Program-made: the position numbers and the translations under genes
DNA from: the human T2T-CHM13v2.0 reference genome, Homo sapiens
DNA length: 64,000 nucleotides
NCBI RefSeq assembly: GCF_009914755.1
Contig: NC_060932.1
Direction: 5' to 3' (one strand)
The notes under the pieces: model-generated
The model's input: only the letters and a program-made list of their open reading frames with translations
What the model was told of the DNA's origin: nothing
Database searches by the model: none
In this document: positions 1 to 44,500 of the stretch, one piece after another
Layout of the letters: each line of letters begins with the position of its first letter
Numbering within the stretch: the first letter of the stretch is position 1

Positions 1-4185
<4,185 letters not shown>

Positions 4186-5776
4186 ATCTAGGAAGTGAGG
4201 AGCCTCTCTGCCCGGCCGCCCATCGTCTGAGATGTGGGGAGCGCCTCTGCCCCGCCGCCCCCTCTGGGACGTGAGGAGCGCCTCTGCCCGGCCGAGACCC
4301 TGTCTGGGAGGTGAGGAGCGTCTCTGCCCGGCCACCCCATCTGAGAAGTGAGGAGACCCTCTGCCTGGCAACCACCCCGTCTGAGAAGTGAGGAGCCCCT
4401 CCGCCCGGCAGCTGCCCCGTCTGAGAAGTGAGGAGCCTCTCTGCCCGGCAGCCACCCCGTCCGGGAAGGAGGTGGGGGGGGTCAGCCCCCGTCCGGCCAG
4501 CCGCCCCATCCGGGAGGGAGGTGGGGGGTCAGCCCCCCCGCCCGGCCAGCCATGCCATCTGGGAGGGAGGTGGGGGGGTCAGCCCCCCGCCCGGCCAGCC
4601 GCCCCGTCCGGGAGGTGAGGGGCGCCTCTGCCTGGCCGCCCCTACTGGGAAGTGAGGAGCCCCTCAGCCCGGCCAGCCACCCCGGCCGGGAGGGAGTTGG
4701 GGGGGTCAGCCCCCCCACCCGGCCAGCCGCCCCGTCCGGGAGGGAGGTGGGGGGGTCAGCCCCCCGCCTGGCCAGCCGCCCCGTCTGGGAGGGAGGTGGG
4801 GGGGGTCAGCCTCCGCCCGGCCAGCCACCCCGTCTGGGAGGTGAGGGGCGCCTCTGCCTGGCCGCCCCTACTGGGAAGTGAGGAGCCCCTCTGCCCGGCC
4901 AGCCGCCCCGTCCGGGAGGGAGGTTGGGGGGTCAGCCCCCCGCCCGGCCAGCCGCCCCGTCGGGGAGGGAGGTGGGGGGGTCAGCCCCCACGCCCGGCCA
5001 GCCGCCCCGTCCGGGAGGGAGGTGGGGGGGTCAGCCCCCCGCCCAGCCAGCCGCCCCGTCCGGGAGGGAGGTGGGGGGGTCAGCCCCCCGCCCGGCCAGC
5101 CGCCCCGTCCGGGAGGGAGGTGGCGGGGGTCAGCCCCCCGCCCGGCCAGCCGCCTCGTCCGGGAGGTGAGGGGCGCCTCTGCCCGGCCGCCCCTACTGGG
5201 AAGTGAGGAGCCCCTCTGCCCAGCCACCACCCCGTCTGGGAGGTGTGCCCAACAGCTCATTGAGAACGGGCCAGGATGACAATGGCGGCTTTGTGGAATA
5301 GAAAGGCGGGAAAGGTGGGGAAAAGATTGAGAAATCGGATGGTTGCCGTGTCTGTGTAGAAAGAAGTAGACATGGGAGACTTTTCATTTTGTTCTGCACT
5401 AAGAAAAATTCTTCTGCCTTGGGATCCTGTTGATCTGTGACCTTACCCCCAACCCTGTGCTCTCTGAAACATGTGCTGTGTCCACTCAGGGTTAAATGGA
5501 TTAAGGGCGGTGCAAGATGTGCTTTGTTAAACAGATGCTTGAAGGCAGCATGCTCCTTAAGAGTCATCACCAATCCCTAATCTCAAGTAATCAGGGACAC
5601 AAACACTGCGGAAGGCCGCAGGATCCTCTGCCTAGGAAAACCAGAGACCTTTGTTCACTTGTTTATCTGCTGACCTTCCCTCCACTATTGTCCCATGACC
5701 CTGCCAAATCCCCCTCTGTGAGAAACACCCAAGAATTATCAATAAAAAAAAAAATTAAAAAAAAAAAAAAAAAAAA
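4186..5776 (+). mobile_element. SVA retrotransposon (D-F type), 5'-truncated: VNTR ~4186-5243, SINE-R ~5244-5746, poly(A)
   Basis: GC-rich VNTR units (gggagggaggtgggggggtcagccccccgcccggccagccgccccgtcc); HERV-K-derived SINE-R; AATAAA at 5741 and A tail; no CCCTCT hexamer or Alu-like domain. Confidence 0.97.
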
Positions 5777-5955
5777 AGAAAGCGCTAAAAGTTCCTTTGT
5801 ATCATTCAGCTTAAATGACCCTTTGGAAAGGCAATCCTTGACCACTCAGGATAAAAGTCCTCAAGGATATCGGTTACTTTTTTAACACATTCCCATGTTT
5901 AATTGTCTTCATGGTACTCCTTACTCCCTGAAATAGTTTTTTATTTATTAGCACT

Positions 5956-5957
<2 letters not shown>

Positions 5958-5989
<32 letters not shown>
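5958..5989. repeat. (GT)n microsatellite
   Basis: About 16 perfect GT units. Confidence 0.95.
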
Positions 5990-5991
<2 letters not shown>

Positions 5992-6039
5992 CTCCCCTCT
6001 TTAAAACAGAAAATTTGCTGCTTATTTCATTCACAGAAG

Positions 6040-13340
<7,301 letters not shown>

Positions 13341-14439
13341 CAAAATAATAATAATAATAATTCACTTTTGGAAACTGTTCCCTACTAGATTTCAAACAAC
13401 TTGGGAATGAAATCCTATTTGAGTTCATCCATGTGTATTTCCAACAAGTTCAGTGTCTTACTTATAAATAGTACTTGAAGGAATGAATACAACTTTTTCT
13501 TTATGTAGTTATTTTACACTTGATTTAAAGGAACTTTAAAAAGACGCAGTTATACCTAGAGACAGACGCCCTCCAAAAATTGTCTCACCTTCATTATTTG
13601 TGATTACTAGTTAGAGCTAGCAGAAAAAACTCCCCAGCAAGTGAAATGTCAAACCACTACTAAAAGAAAGAAAAAGAAAGGAACAGTCTTTTCTATATTT
13701 AAGTCACTTGAGAGAAAAAAGAAGAGCTGGTATTTTTCGAGTAATAATGTTCGTATTTTGTGATGCAGATACTCAATTTTACATTCTAAAAATACTACTT
13801 TTATAGTAGGAAGCAGTGTACGTTTGAATCCTGGCTCTGCCGCTTGTTGCAAGAAGTTGGTCAAGCTATCGGACCTTGCTAAGCCTTCCCTGTTGTAACT
13901 GTAAAATGTAGTAACACCATTTACCTCTAGAATGGCTGTAAATCGAGTAAGGCTTATTTAATACAGCGTCTGGCATACACCAGGCATTCAGTATGGCGCC
14001 AGTCATTAACAATAGGTGGTTACTAACTGCGATTCACTCAAAACAATACAGATGCACACGGATGAGAGTTCACACTTTGAGTCTTATTCAAAGATTGGTT
14101 ATTAGCCAGGCATTTTGATAGGTGCACTCAGTTTTATTTTCGTACCTCACGGTGTATAATTACGCAAGCTCAAAAGCTAATAATTGACAGCTCACTTTGC
14201 TTTACTCTGGGTTCTGCATTGACCTCAGAGAAGACACGGCCTAGACAAACAGGCAAGGCCCAACACTGACTCAAAAAAGATCCTTTATTTAACGCAGTGT
14301 TTTTAGTGCATGCTCTCGTTTGGCGAAAGAGAAGGTTTTACGTTCAGAATATTAAAAGGGACCCCGAGGACAAAGCAGGATCTCGGAAAATAAGATCACA
14401 TCCCCAAACAACTAAAAGGACAACCGAGACAAGGTTGCA

Positions 14440-15124
<685 letters not shown>

Positions 15125-15791
15125 GCACCCAGTTCTTAATAAGGTTATGTTTACAAGTGTAAAGATACCAGGCGGAGAAGCCGACTCGCTGAAACTACAA
15201 AGTCTTTGTGTCATTCAAAATTGGATTTAAAATGAAATGTTTTCCCGGTGTATCTTTATGTTCATTGGAAAGATCTGAATTGCAGCTGTCCCTTCTGCAG
15301 TTGACTAAATAGAGCTAGAAAAGCTGTTAGTTGACAATGTACTGTCATTTTAACAGTCAGTTCATTGCTTTCGTGAAATGACAGGAAATTAAGGAAAAGA
15401 TTTTCTTCAACAGATCAGTTTTCAAATAAAATTACAGGTTTATGAATAACATTTGCATATTTACAATTAATTTCAGAATAAATTCTTGCCTATCATTTAA
15501 AATGTTGTGAATATTTAATTCTAGGATTTTTTTCGGTTTCAACCTATTATAAAAACCTTATCCCCATCCTAACCTTTACTTTTTGCTTTTGAAACACACT
15601 TGGACTTTGGTTACAAGAATTAGCTATGTCTTTAGAGGCAAAGATGCTAACAGAGTGTGTGGAGCTTTGAGCAACTAGGACATGCTTGACACAATAGTGT
15701 TAGCTAGCACTGGTGGGCTGGATGAATGAACAGCATAACAAAAAGTGAAGAGCTGAAATGCAGTTTTTAGAAATGCATCTGAAATTCATAA

Positions 15792-15968
<177 letters not shown>

Positions 15969-16507
15969 TAAGGTTGCTTTGCTTTTTAAAGTACAGGTCC
16001 CCAATTTCCATTAAAAAGCACCTAAAAATAGTTTGGTAGAAATTTTGGTGGAAATTGTAAATTCACTTTGAAGCAAACTTTTGCTACTGTTCCCCTGAAC
16101 CATTTTTTGGTAATGAAATCTTGCCTGGATTATTAAAAGGAAAAGAGGCCCAGACACTGCACTTAGACCTGCAAAATGGAGATTCTAATGCCAGCTCTAA
16201 TGGTTATTAAAAGAGTGAGCAATAATAGACAGTATACATAAAAATCTGGCCCACTGTAGTCACCTAATAAATGATAACTACCATTATTACTTTGAGCTCC
16301 ATAGTAAGTTAAATTTTCCACAGATTTATTTGTGTAAATAAGTGAAGTAAATGCTTAGAGAGGGAAATAATTTTTAGTGGAACAAAGGTGGTACAGGTTT
16401 GTTTTCATTACCCAAAATCAAGCAGTATTACATGTTTGTGTTACACTCAAGAGGGTTTTGTTTAGTTAAATAAAATTGGTGGAGGAAAACACAAGACAAA
16501 GCTTTGA

Positions 16508-16747
<240 letters not shown>

Positions 16748-16774
16748 TAGATCTTTTGGTGTTATATAGGAGGA

Positions 16775-21851
<5,077 letters not shown>

Positions 21852-21926
21852 TTGTTATGTTATAGGCACTTTGGAGGGAAAAACACTGTCTAAAAAGGAA
21901 GCTTGACATAATTAATTTACTTTTAG

Positions 21927-22193
<267 letters not shown>

Positions 22194-22255
22194 TAGTATT
22201 GATCTACATCTACCATATGGATTATTATGATTTAAAGAATACAGCCTGTTGCTGA

Positions 22256-23525
<1,270 letters not shown>

Positions 23526-23791
23526 TAATTGGATTTTTCAAGTTGCAGAGATGACAACCAAATGTAACTTGTTGACTAAATGCTCTACAAAGGATTCTTT
23601 GATGCTTTTACATTCAAATGGGAGTTAAACATTTCCTGGCCAAATTGCATGATTAGAAGAAAATTCTTTGAAAATTAATATATAAAAGGGAAAAAGGGAA
23701 GGATTTGTGTCATCTGTATGTAGAGTTTGAAACAAATAACTACCATTTCCTTTTTCCCATAATTGAAAGCTTTTTAAAAATATTCATCAAA

Positions 23792-26561
<2,770 letters not shown>

Positions 26562-26614
26562 TCAAGAGAAACTCTGTAACATCTCTATGGTACAGAGTTA
26601 CATCTCTATGTTAG

Positions 26615-27022
<408 letters not shown>

Positions 27023-27169
27023 ATTCCCGTCCAAGGAAGCAGAGTTGTTAAAGAGTACTGGAATAGGGGCTGAAGGATCTATATTCCCTTATTGCATTTT
27101 CCTTATGTATAATTTTCCAGATGGTGATGTTACTTTTCAGTGTACTCATATGTCTCATTTTCATCTAAA

Positions 27170-27228
27170 ATTAAATGGCAGGAAACAAGGACTGCATAGA
27201 GAAACTGAGTCTGTGTGGGTTCTGTCTC
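27170..27228 (+). terminator. Candidate proximal MRPL15 polyadenylation signal
   Basis: ATTAAA at 27170-27175 followed by a GU-rich tract (gtctgtgtgggttctgtct); no AATAAA seen between the stop codon and LTR17. Confidence 0.5.
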
Positions 27229-27623
27229 AAAGATACAAACTCCCTGATAGTCTATGGAAGGAAAATGACAACTATTTTAGAATATTTCTAGTTTGTTTTT
27301 TCAGTGATCTTTTCATCCAGGCCTTGTTACTGTTACAGATCAGAATGAAATGCACAAGTGGAATGGGATTGACCTGTAGGCCTGCTCTGCCGAGATGAGA
27401 GCAGATGGAATGAGTTGGTGACCCCTCTTAATCTGTAGCCTCAGGGAAACACGGCTACCCAATGCCAAGATGGTAAACCCTCAACTCGAAGAGTAAGATC
27501 AGGACGTATGCTTAAGGTGTAAGGCTGAGGAGTAGCTGGTAGGCAGTATGTTTGCCAGTGACATTGAAGGTGAGAGAAACAAAAATTACAAATGAATTTA
27601 TTTTCTCAATTCTGTGGTAGAAG

Positions 27624-28384
27624 TGTTACAGGCAGGCCTTTGTTCTTAGAGCTCCCAAGATGGTGGTGGCCACTCCCAAGATGGCAGCAAGCCTTTTGTT
27701 CTCTGACCTGGGGTTCTTGGCCTCACGGATTCCAAAGAATGGAACCTTGGGCCATGTGGTCAGTGTTATAGCTCTAGTAGAAGTCATGGGTCACGGAAGA
27801 GAACTGTGGAACCCAGTGACTAGTGTTCAGCTCGATTAGGATGAACCCTGGGCCCTTAGCCATGCAGGAACAATGGTGAGCCTCTAGCCCGATTGGGAGC
27901 GGCAATGGACACCTCTCTGGATCAGAAGCACAGCGGACACCCTGCTGGATCCAGTGGGTGGAAGTCAATGGTGGGTCTGGGACAGCAGTGAACAGCAGTG
28001 GTGGACAGTGAGCGAAAGCTCAGCTCGAGCTGTAACAAACACAGACCAGAAGAGTGTGCAGTTGCAAGATTTAATAGAATGAAAACAGCTCCCATACAAT
28101 GGGAGGGGATGCAAAGGGGGTTGCCCACTTCCTGCTCAAATGCCTGGGTTTATATCCCAATCATTGTCCCTACCCCTGTACTCTCAGGCGATATGTGATT
28201 TGACTATTTCTCTACTTCCTGCTTTTAGCCTAGTTTGTATTTTAGTGAGCCCTCTTTGCTACCTGATTGGTCGGGTGTGAGCTGAGTTACAAGCCTCGTG
28301 TTTAAGGGTAGGTGTGGTCACCTTCCCCAGCTAGGCTTAGGAATTCCTAGTCGGCCTAGGAAATCCAGCGAGTCCTGTCTCTCA
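27624..28384 (-). mobile_element. HERV-W solo LTR (LTR17)
   Basis: Reverse complement begins TGAGAGACAGGACTCGCTGGATTTCCTAGGCCGACTAGG and ends GTAACA; ~760 bp; CCAAT 28266-28270, TATAAA 28149-28154 and ATTAAA 28070-28075 on the - strand; flanks gaag/aaag. Confidence 0.92.
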
Positions 28385-29013
28385 AAAGTAGACAATCATG
28401 ATTAAGCCATTAACATATTTTTCTTGAAGAAGGTAAATGTTCTAGTATTAATTGATATCCTTTTACTTATCTCAGACATTGGAGACCTTCATCTTTCAGT
28501 CATTACAACTGATTTTGAAAAAATGGTTCAAATATTATATGAGCAATACAATTGATAATGTGAGAATTAAGCTTAAGTTAATGTAAAAGATTCAGCAGTT
28601 AATAAGTTTTTTTTTTTTTTTTTTTTTGAGGCAGTCTCCCTCTGTTGCCCAGGGTGGAGTGCAGTGGTGCAATCTCAGCTCACTGCAACCTCTGCATCCC
28701 GGGCTCAAGGGAGCAGTTAGTATGATTATTTAGCTTCTGAAAGATACTTTATATCCAAATCATATGAAGGCTTAATTTACATTGAGCAATTAAAGATTGA
28801 TCTTGAATAATTCATAATTCTTCCACAGTAGAAATAAAATGATTCCTGGCTAGTTATTTTCTTAAAAATAAAAAAAATTTGAAAACCTCAACAATGCAAT
28901 ATTTGTTTTGTTTGCTTATCGATCTCATATATTGCTCTTCTGAGATTCTATTTACAAAATAATTTATGTACCAAGATTATCTTTCAATTTTTTTTTTTTT
29001 TTTTTTTTTTTGA

Positions 29014-29115
<102 letters not shown>

Positions 29116-30340
29116 TGAGTAGCTGGGATTATGGGCATTTGCCACCACGCCTGGCCAATTTTTGTATTTTTAGTAGAGACGGTGTTTTGCCATGTTGGCC
29201 AGGCTGGTCTCGAACTCCTGACCTCAGCCTCGGCCTCTCAAAGTGCTGGGATTGCAGGCGTGAGCCACAGTGCCCGGCCTCTTTCAATTTTTATCCAGGA
29301 TTATATAATTGACTTGTTATTAAACGATTCCTTAGAACCTAGGACTTGTAAAGAATCATGACTGGGACCATCTTTTTTTTTGGGGGGCGGACACAGTTTT
29401 GTTCTTTTTGCCCAGGCTAGAGTGCACTGGTGTGATCTCAGCTACTGCAACCTCCACCTCCTGGGTTCAAATGATTCTGCTGCCTCAGCCCGAGTAGCTG
29501 GGATTACAGGTGCCCGCCACCACACCTGGCTAATGTTTTGTATTTTTAGTAGAGATGGGGTTTCACTATGTTGGCCAGGCTGGTCTTGAACTCTTGACCT
29601 CAGGTGATCCGCCTCGGCCTCCCAAAGTGCTAGGATTGCAGGCGTGAGCCACTGTGCCCAGCCGACCATCTTCTATAATAACACGAAATCCTGTGAATTT
29701 TAAAGGACAGGCAAAAATTTTAAAACATGCTTTTATTTTTCAGAGACCCAAGTGACGGAGCTGGTGTGTTAGCATTCATTTTGGATCCACTGATAGGATC
29801 CCCAAATCACAGTGCTTGAATGAGATAGTTTATTTTTCTCTTGTGCACGAAGAGCTGCGATCAGTTGAGGGCTGGTTGCTGGATCTGCTTCACAAAGTCT
29901 CAGCCCCAGGCACCCTCATTCCTAGAGTGAGATACTCATTTTCATGATCCAAGCAGGCAAAGAGCAAGCCTGCTTTTCCTAAGGAAGTTTCCACACAAAA
30001 TTCTTGTTTATATACCATTGGCCAGAACTTGGATGCAGTCCCATTATTTCAAAGGAGGTTGAAGCCTTTACTTTGGCCGCTTCTGAGCTGAACTGAAAAA
30101 TTCTATTATAATGGGTGCATAAGAGAGTAGATGTATTAGACAACCAGCAAGGTAATTGTCACCTGTGTTGGTATTGAAACCTCAACTCTGAAGTTAATTG
30201 ACTTAACATCAGACAAACACAGGAAAAGTGCAGAATTATTTAATTCTATACCATCTGGAATGCTAGGTTCAGTAAGTTGTGTAACAGCCAATAAGTTGAT
30301 TATTAATCTTGATTTACAAAGTATTTTTGAAGAGTGATGA

Positions 30341-31276
30341 TGTCAGAGGCATTTGACCCACAGGACTCCATCTTGAACAGGGGCTGGGTAAAAGACCTAC
30401 TAGGCTGCATTCCCAGGTGGTTAGGCATTCTTAGTCACAGGATGAGATAGGAGGTTGGCACGAGGTTCAGGTCACAAAGACCTTGCTGATAAAACACGTT
30501 GTGGTAAAGACGCTGGCGAAATCCCACCAAAACCAAGATGATGAAAGTGACCTCTGGTCGTCTCCACTGCTCATTATACACTAATTATAATGCATTAGCA
30601 TGCTAAAAGATACTTCCACCACAACATGACAGTTTACAAATGCCATGGAAACGTCAGGAAGTTACCCTATATGGTCTAAAAAGGGGAGGAGCCCTCAGCT
30701 CTGGGAATTGGTCACCCCTTTCCCAGAAAACTCATGAATAACCCACCCCTTGTTTAGCATATAATCAACAACCATAAAAATAGCTAGCTAGCAGCCCATG
30801 CTGCTGCTCTGCTTATGGAGTAGCCATTCTCTTATTCCTTTATTATTATTACTATTATTTTTGTTTTTTGAGATGGAGTCTTGCTCTGTTGCCCAGGCTG
30901 GAGAGCAGTGGCGCGAACTCAGCTCACTGCAATCTCTGCCTCCCAGGTTCAAGCAATTCTCCTGCCTCAGCCTCCTGAGTAGCTGGTAGCTGGGACTACA
31001 GGCACCTGCCACCACGCCTGGCTCATTTTTTGTATTTTTAGTGGAGACAGGGTTTCATGGTGCTAGCCAGGATGTTTTCTTGATCTCCTGACCTTGTGAT
31101 CCGCTTGCCTCGGCCTCCCAAAGTGCTGGGATTACAGGCATGAGCCACCGCACCCAGCCTCCTTTACTTTCTTAATAAACTTGCTTTCACTTTATGGATT
31201 GACTCACCCCAAATTCTTTCTTGCCCAAGATTCAAGAACCTCTTGGGGTCTGGATCGGGACCCCTTTCCCGTAACA
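30341..31276 (+). mobile_element. MER41 solo LTR (MER41B-like) interrupted by an antisense Alu (~30840-31159)
   Basis: TGTCAGAGGC...GTAACA termini with perfect 4-bp TSD ATGA; internal ttagtcacaggatgagataggagg. Confidence 0.9.
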
Positions 31277-32163
31277 ATGACAAAGCACAGGAAACCATCT
31301 GAGAAGAAGCATTCACTTTGTTCTATGCCTGCTTTTAATAAACATTTTTAATAATAAAGCCATCTTCCTATGTTAAATATTTTACAAAGTGTCTTTTTTT
31401 TTTTTTTTTTTTTTGAGACGGAGTCTCGCTCTGTCGCCCAGGCTGGAGTGCAGTGGCGCAATCTCAGCTCACTGCAAGCTCCACCTCCCCAGGTTCATGC
31501 CATTCTCCTGCCTCAGCCTCCCGAGTAGCTGGGACTATAGGCGCCCGCCACCACGCCCGGCTAATTTTTGTTTGTTTGTTTGTTTTGTTTTTGTATTTTT
31601 AGTAGAGACGGGGTATCACCATGTTAGCCAGGATAGTCTCGATTTCCTGACCTCGTGATCCGCCCGCCTCAGCCTCCCAAAGTGCTGGGATTACAGGCGT
31701 GAGCCACCATGCCCGGCCTTAAATATTTCAAAAGTCCTATTTGCATATAACATAGGGAGGAAAAGAGAGGATAAGATACAAAGAAGGTTGCTAAGAAAAG
31801 CGCCAAGGTACAAAGAATGTGTTTTTGGCCAGGCGTGGTGGCTCACGCCTGTAATCCCAGCACTTTGGAAGGCAGAGGTGGGCGGATCACCTCTGAGGTC
31901 AGGGGTTCGAGACCAGCCTGGCCAACATGGTGAAACACCCGTCTCTACTAAAAATACAAAAATTAGCCGGGTGTGGTGGTGCGTGCCTATAATCCCAGCT
32001 ACTTTGGGAGGTTGAGGTGGGAGAGTCACTTGAACTTGGGAGATGGAGGTTGCAGTGAGCTGAAATTAAAAAAAAAAAAGAAGAATTCTTAGAGTACAGT
32101 GAGATGAAGATAAAAACATAGTGAGATGCCAGGAACTCTGTGTTTGTTAAGGGGAGGGCTAAC

Positions 32164-33549
32164 CTTCTCTCCTTTCATACAACACATTTTCTGAATATTC
32201 ATTATTGGGGTATTTAAATTGCGCTCTCTTATTCTTAAGCCATTTAAAATGGAATCTATTAGACAAATCACTTCATCTTTTAGACTGTAAAATACAATGA
32301 CAAGCTTTGTAAAATATGAGGACTGTGTAAAATGACCTCTAAAGTCTGTTGTAATACACTGATGATAAAGATGTTCCCTTGGGCTGAGGAAAACTTCTCT
32401 GACCTCAACCTATTTGCATAGAAATGAACTTCCTTAAATTTAAACACATCCTGTGTTCTGTATTCATGTAAGAGGTTCCATTTTTTTCATATCAGAGTGT
32501 ACTGGCTTTGCTTTAGGTAAGTTACTGCCTTGCCTTATTTGTGCCACAGGAGGTTTTCCATTTGTGATTCAGTTCACAATTGTATGTTTGGAGGGGCTGG
32601 TACTGCCTCAACAGGAAAAGTTCTTAATGGGGAACAAGGGAGGAAGTTAGTCACCTAAAGATAGACTGCACAGGCAACAGCCTTCCAGGCTCAGAGTGAC
32701 CCTTGGGTTCCCTCCCCCATCCTCCAAGTAGAATGACTACACTACCCTAACAACAGTTACGGAAGGGAAAAGAGACAGTCAAACATTAGACTTACTTCAC
32801 TGTGGTTGTCTTAGGTGGCCTACAGGTGAAAGGAAATTGGGAAAGAATGATAAAGGAAAGAAAGAAAACAGGAAACAGATGTCTGGTGATGAATAATGCT
32901 CAGATAGTACTTACTCAGTGAGCATGGGCTTAGTCACAAACAGCTGTATCCTGGTCTCAATATTAGAATCGTGCAGATAAGTTCTCAGCCAAAACAGGCA
33001 CGTTCCACAAAATCTGTCTATTCTGTTTAATAAAGTTAATCCTCAAATTGCTGTATAGCCGGGAGACTCAAGTTCATTGTAACTACGCAGCAATACTGGG
33101 CTCTATGATGCTGATATACCATGGCCCTTCAGCCGTGTACAAGGATAATGGGGCAGAGAGTGTGCTAGCAGATGGTATTGTTATCTTGTTAAGGGTTCAT
33201 ATTACTTGGAAATCTAAGAATAAAAGTAAGAATGCTTCAGTCTAGATTTTAGTCCTCTCGTGGTATGTGGCTTCCAGTATATGTGGCTAGTTTGCATCCA
33301 ATCCATTGAGTTAATATGGATTTTAAAATATTTTTTTAACTCCTTAGAGAAATAATTGCTAGGGATTTCCTGTCTATTGAGTTCCCGGGTTTTCTTTTTT
33401 AAAAATGCTACTCTCTGTTCTTTGACAATGAGAGTGGCTCTACCATAGCCGGGGAAGATGTCAGATAACAGCAGTGTAACCCAATTTAGTTCGTGTCAGA
33501 GAAAAAAGTGCGCTCTCTGATGTTCGCACAGATCCCAGAATGGCTGCAT
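32164..33549 (-). pseudogene. Candidate decayed multi-exon gene resembling an Ig-superfamily type-I membrane protein; exons 33549-33444, 33213-32915, 32819-32796, 32284-32164
   Basis: GT-AG splice sites with compatible phases (one frameshift assumed in exon 2); translations resemble leader, V-Ig, P/T stalk and TM; several in-frame stops. Confidence 0.4.
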
Positions 33550-33569
33550 TTTGATGCTTTACTGAAAAG

Positions 33570-44500
<10,931 letters not shown>

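Noticed and set aside
29700-31390. Possible cytoplasmic-tail exons for the candidate IgSF pseudogene
   Set aside because: Only weak splice-site pairs without convincing frames, so not claimed
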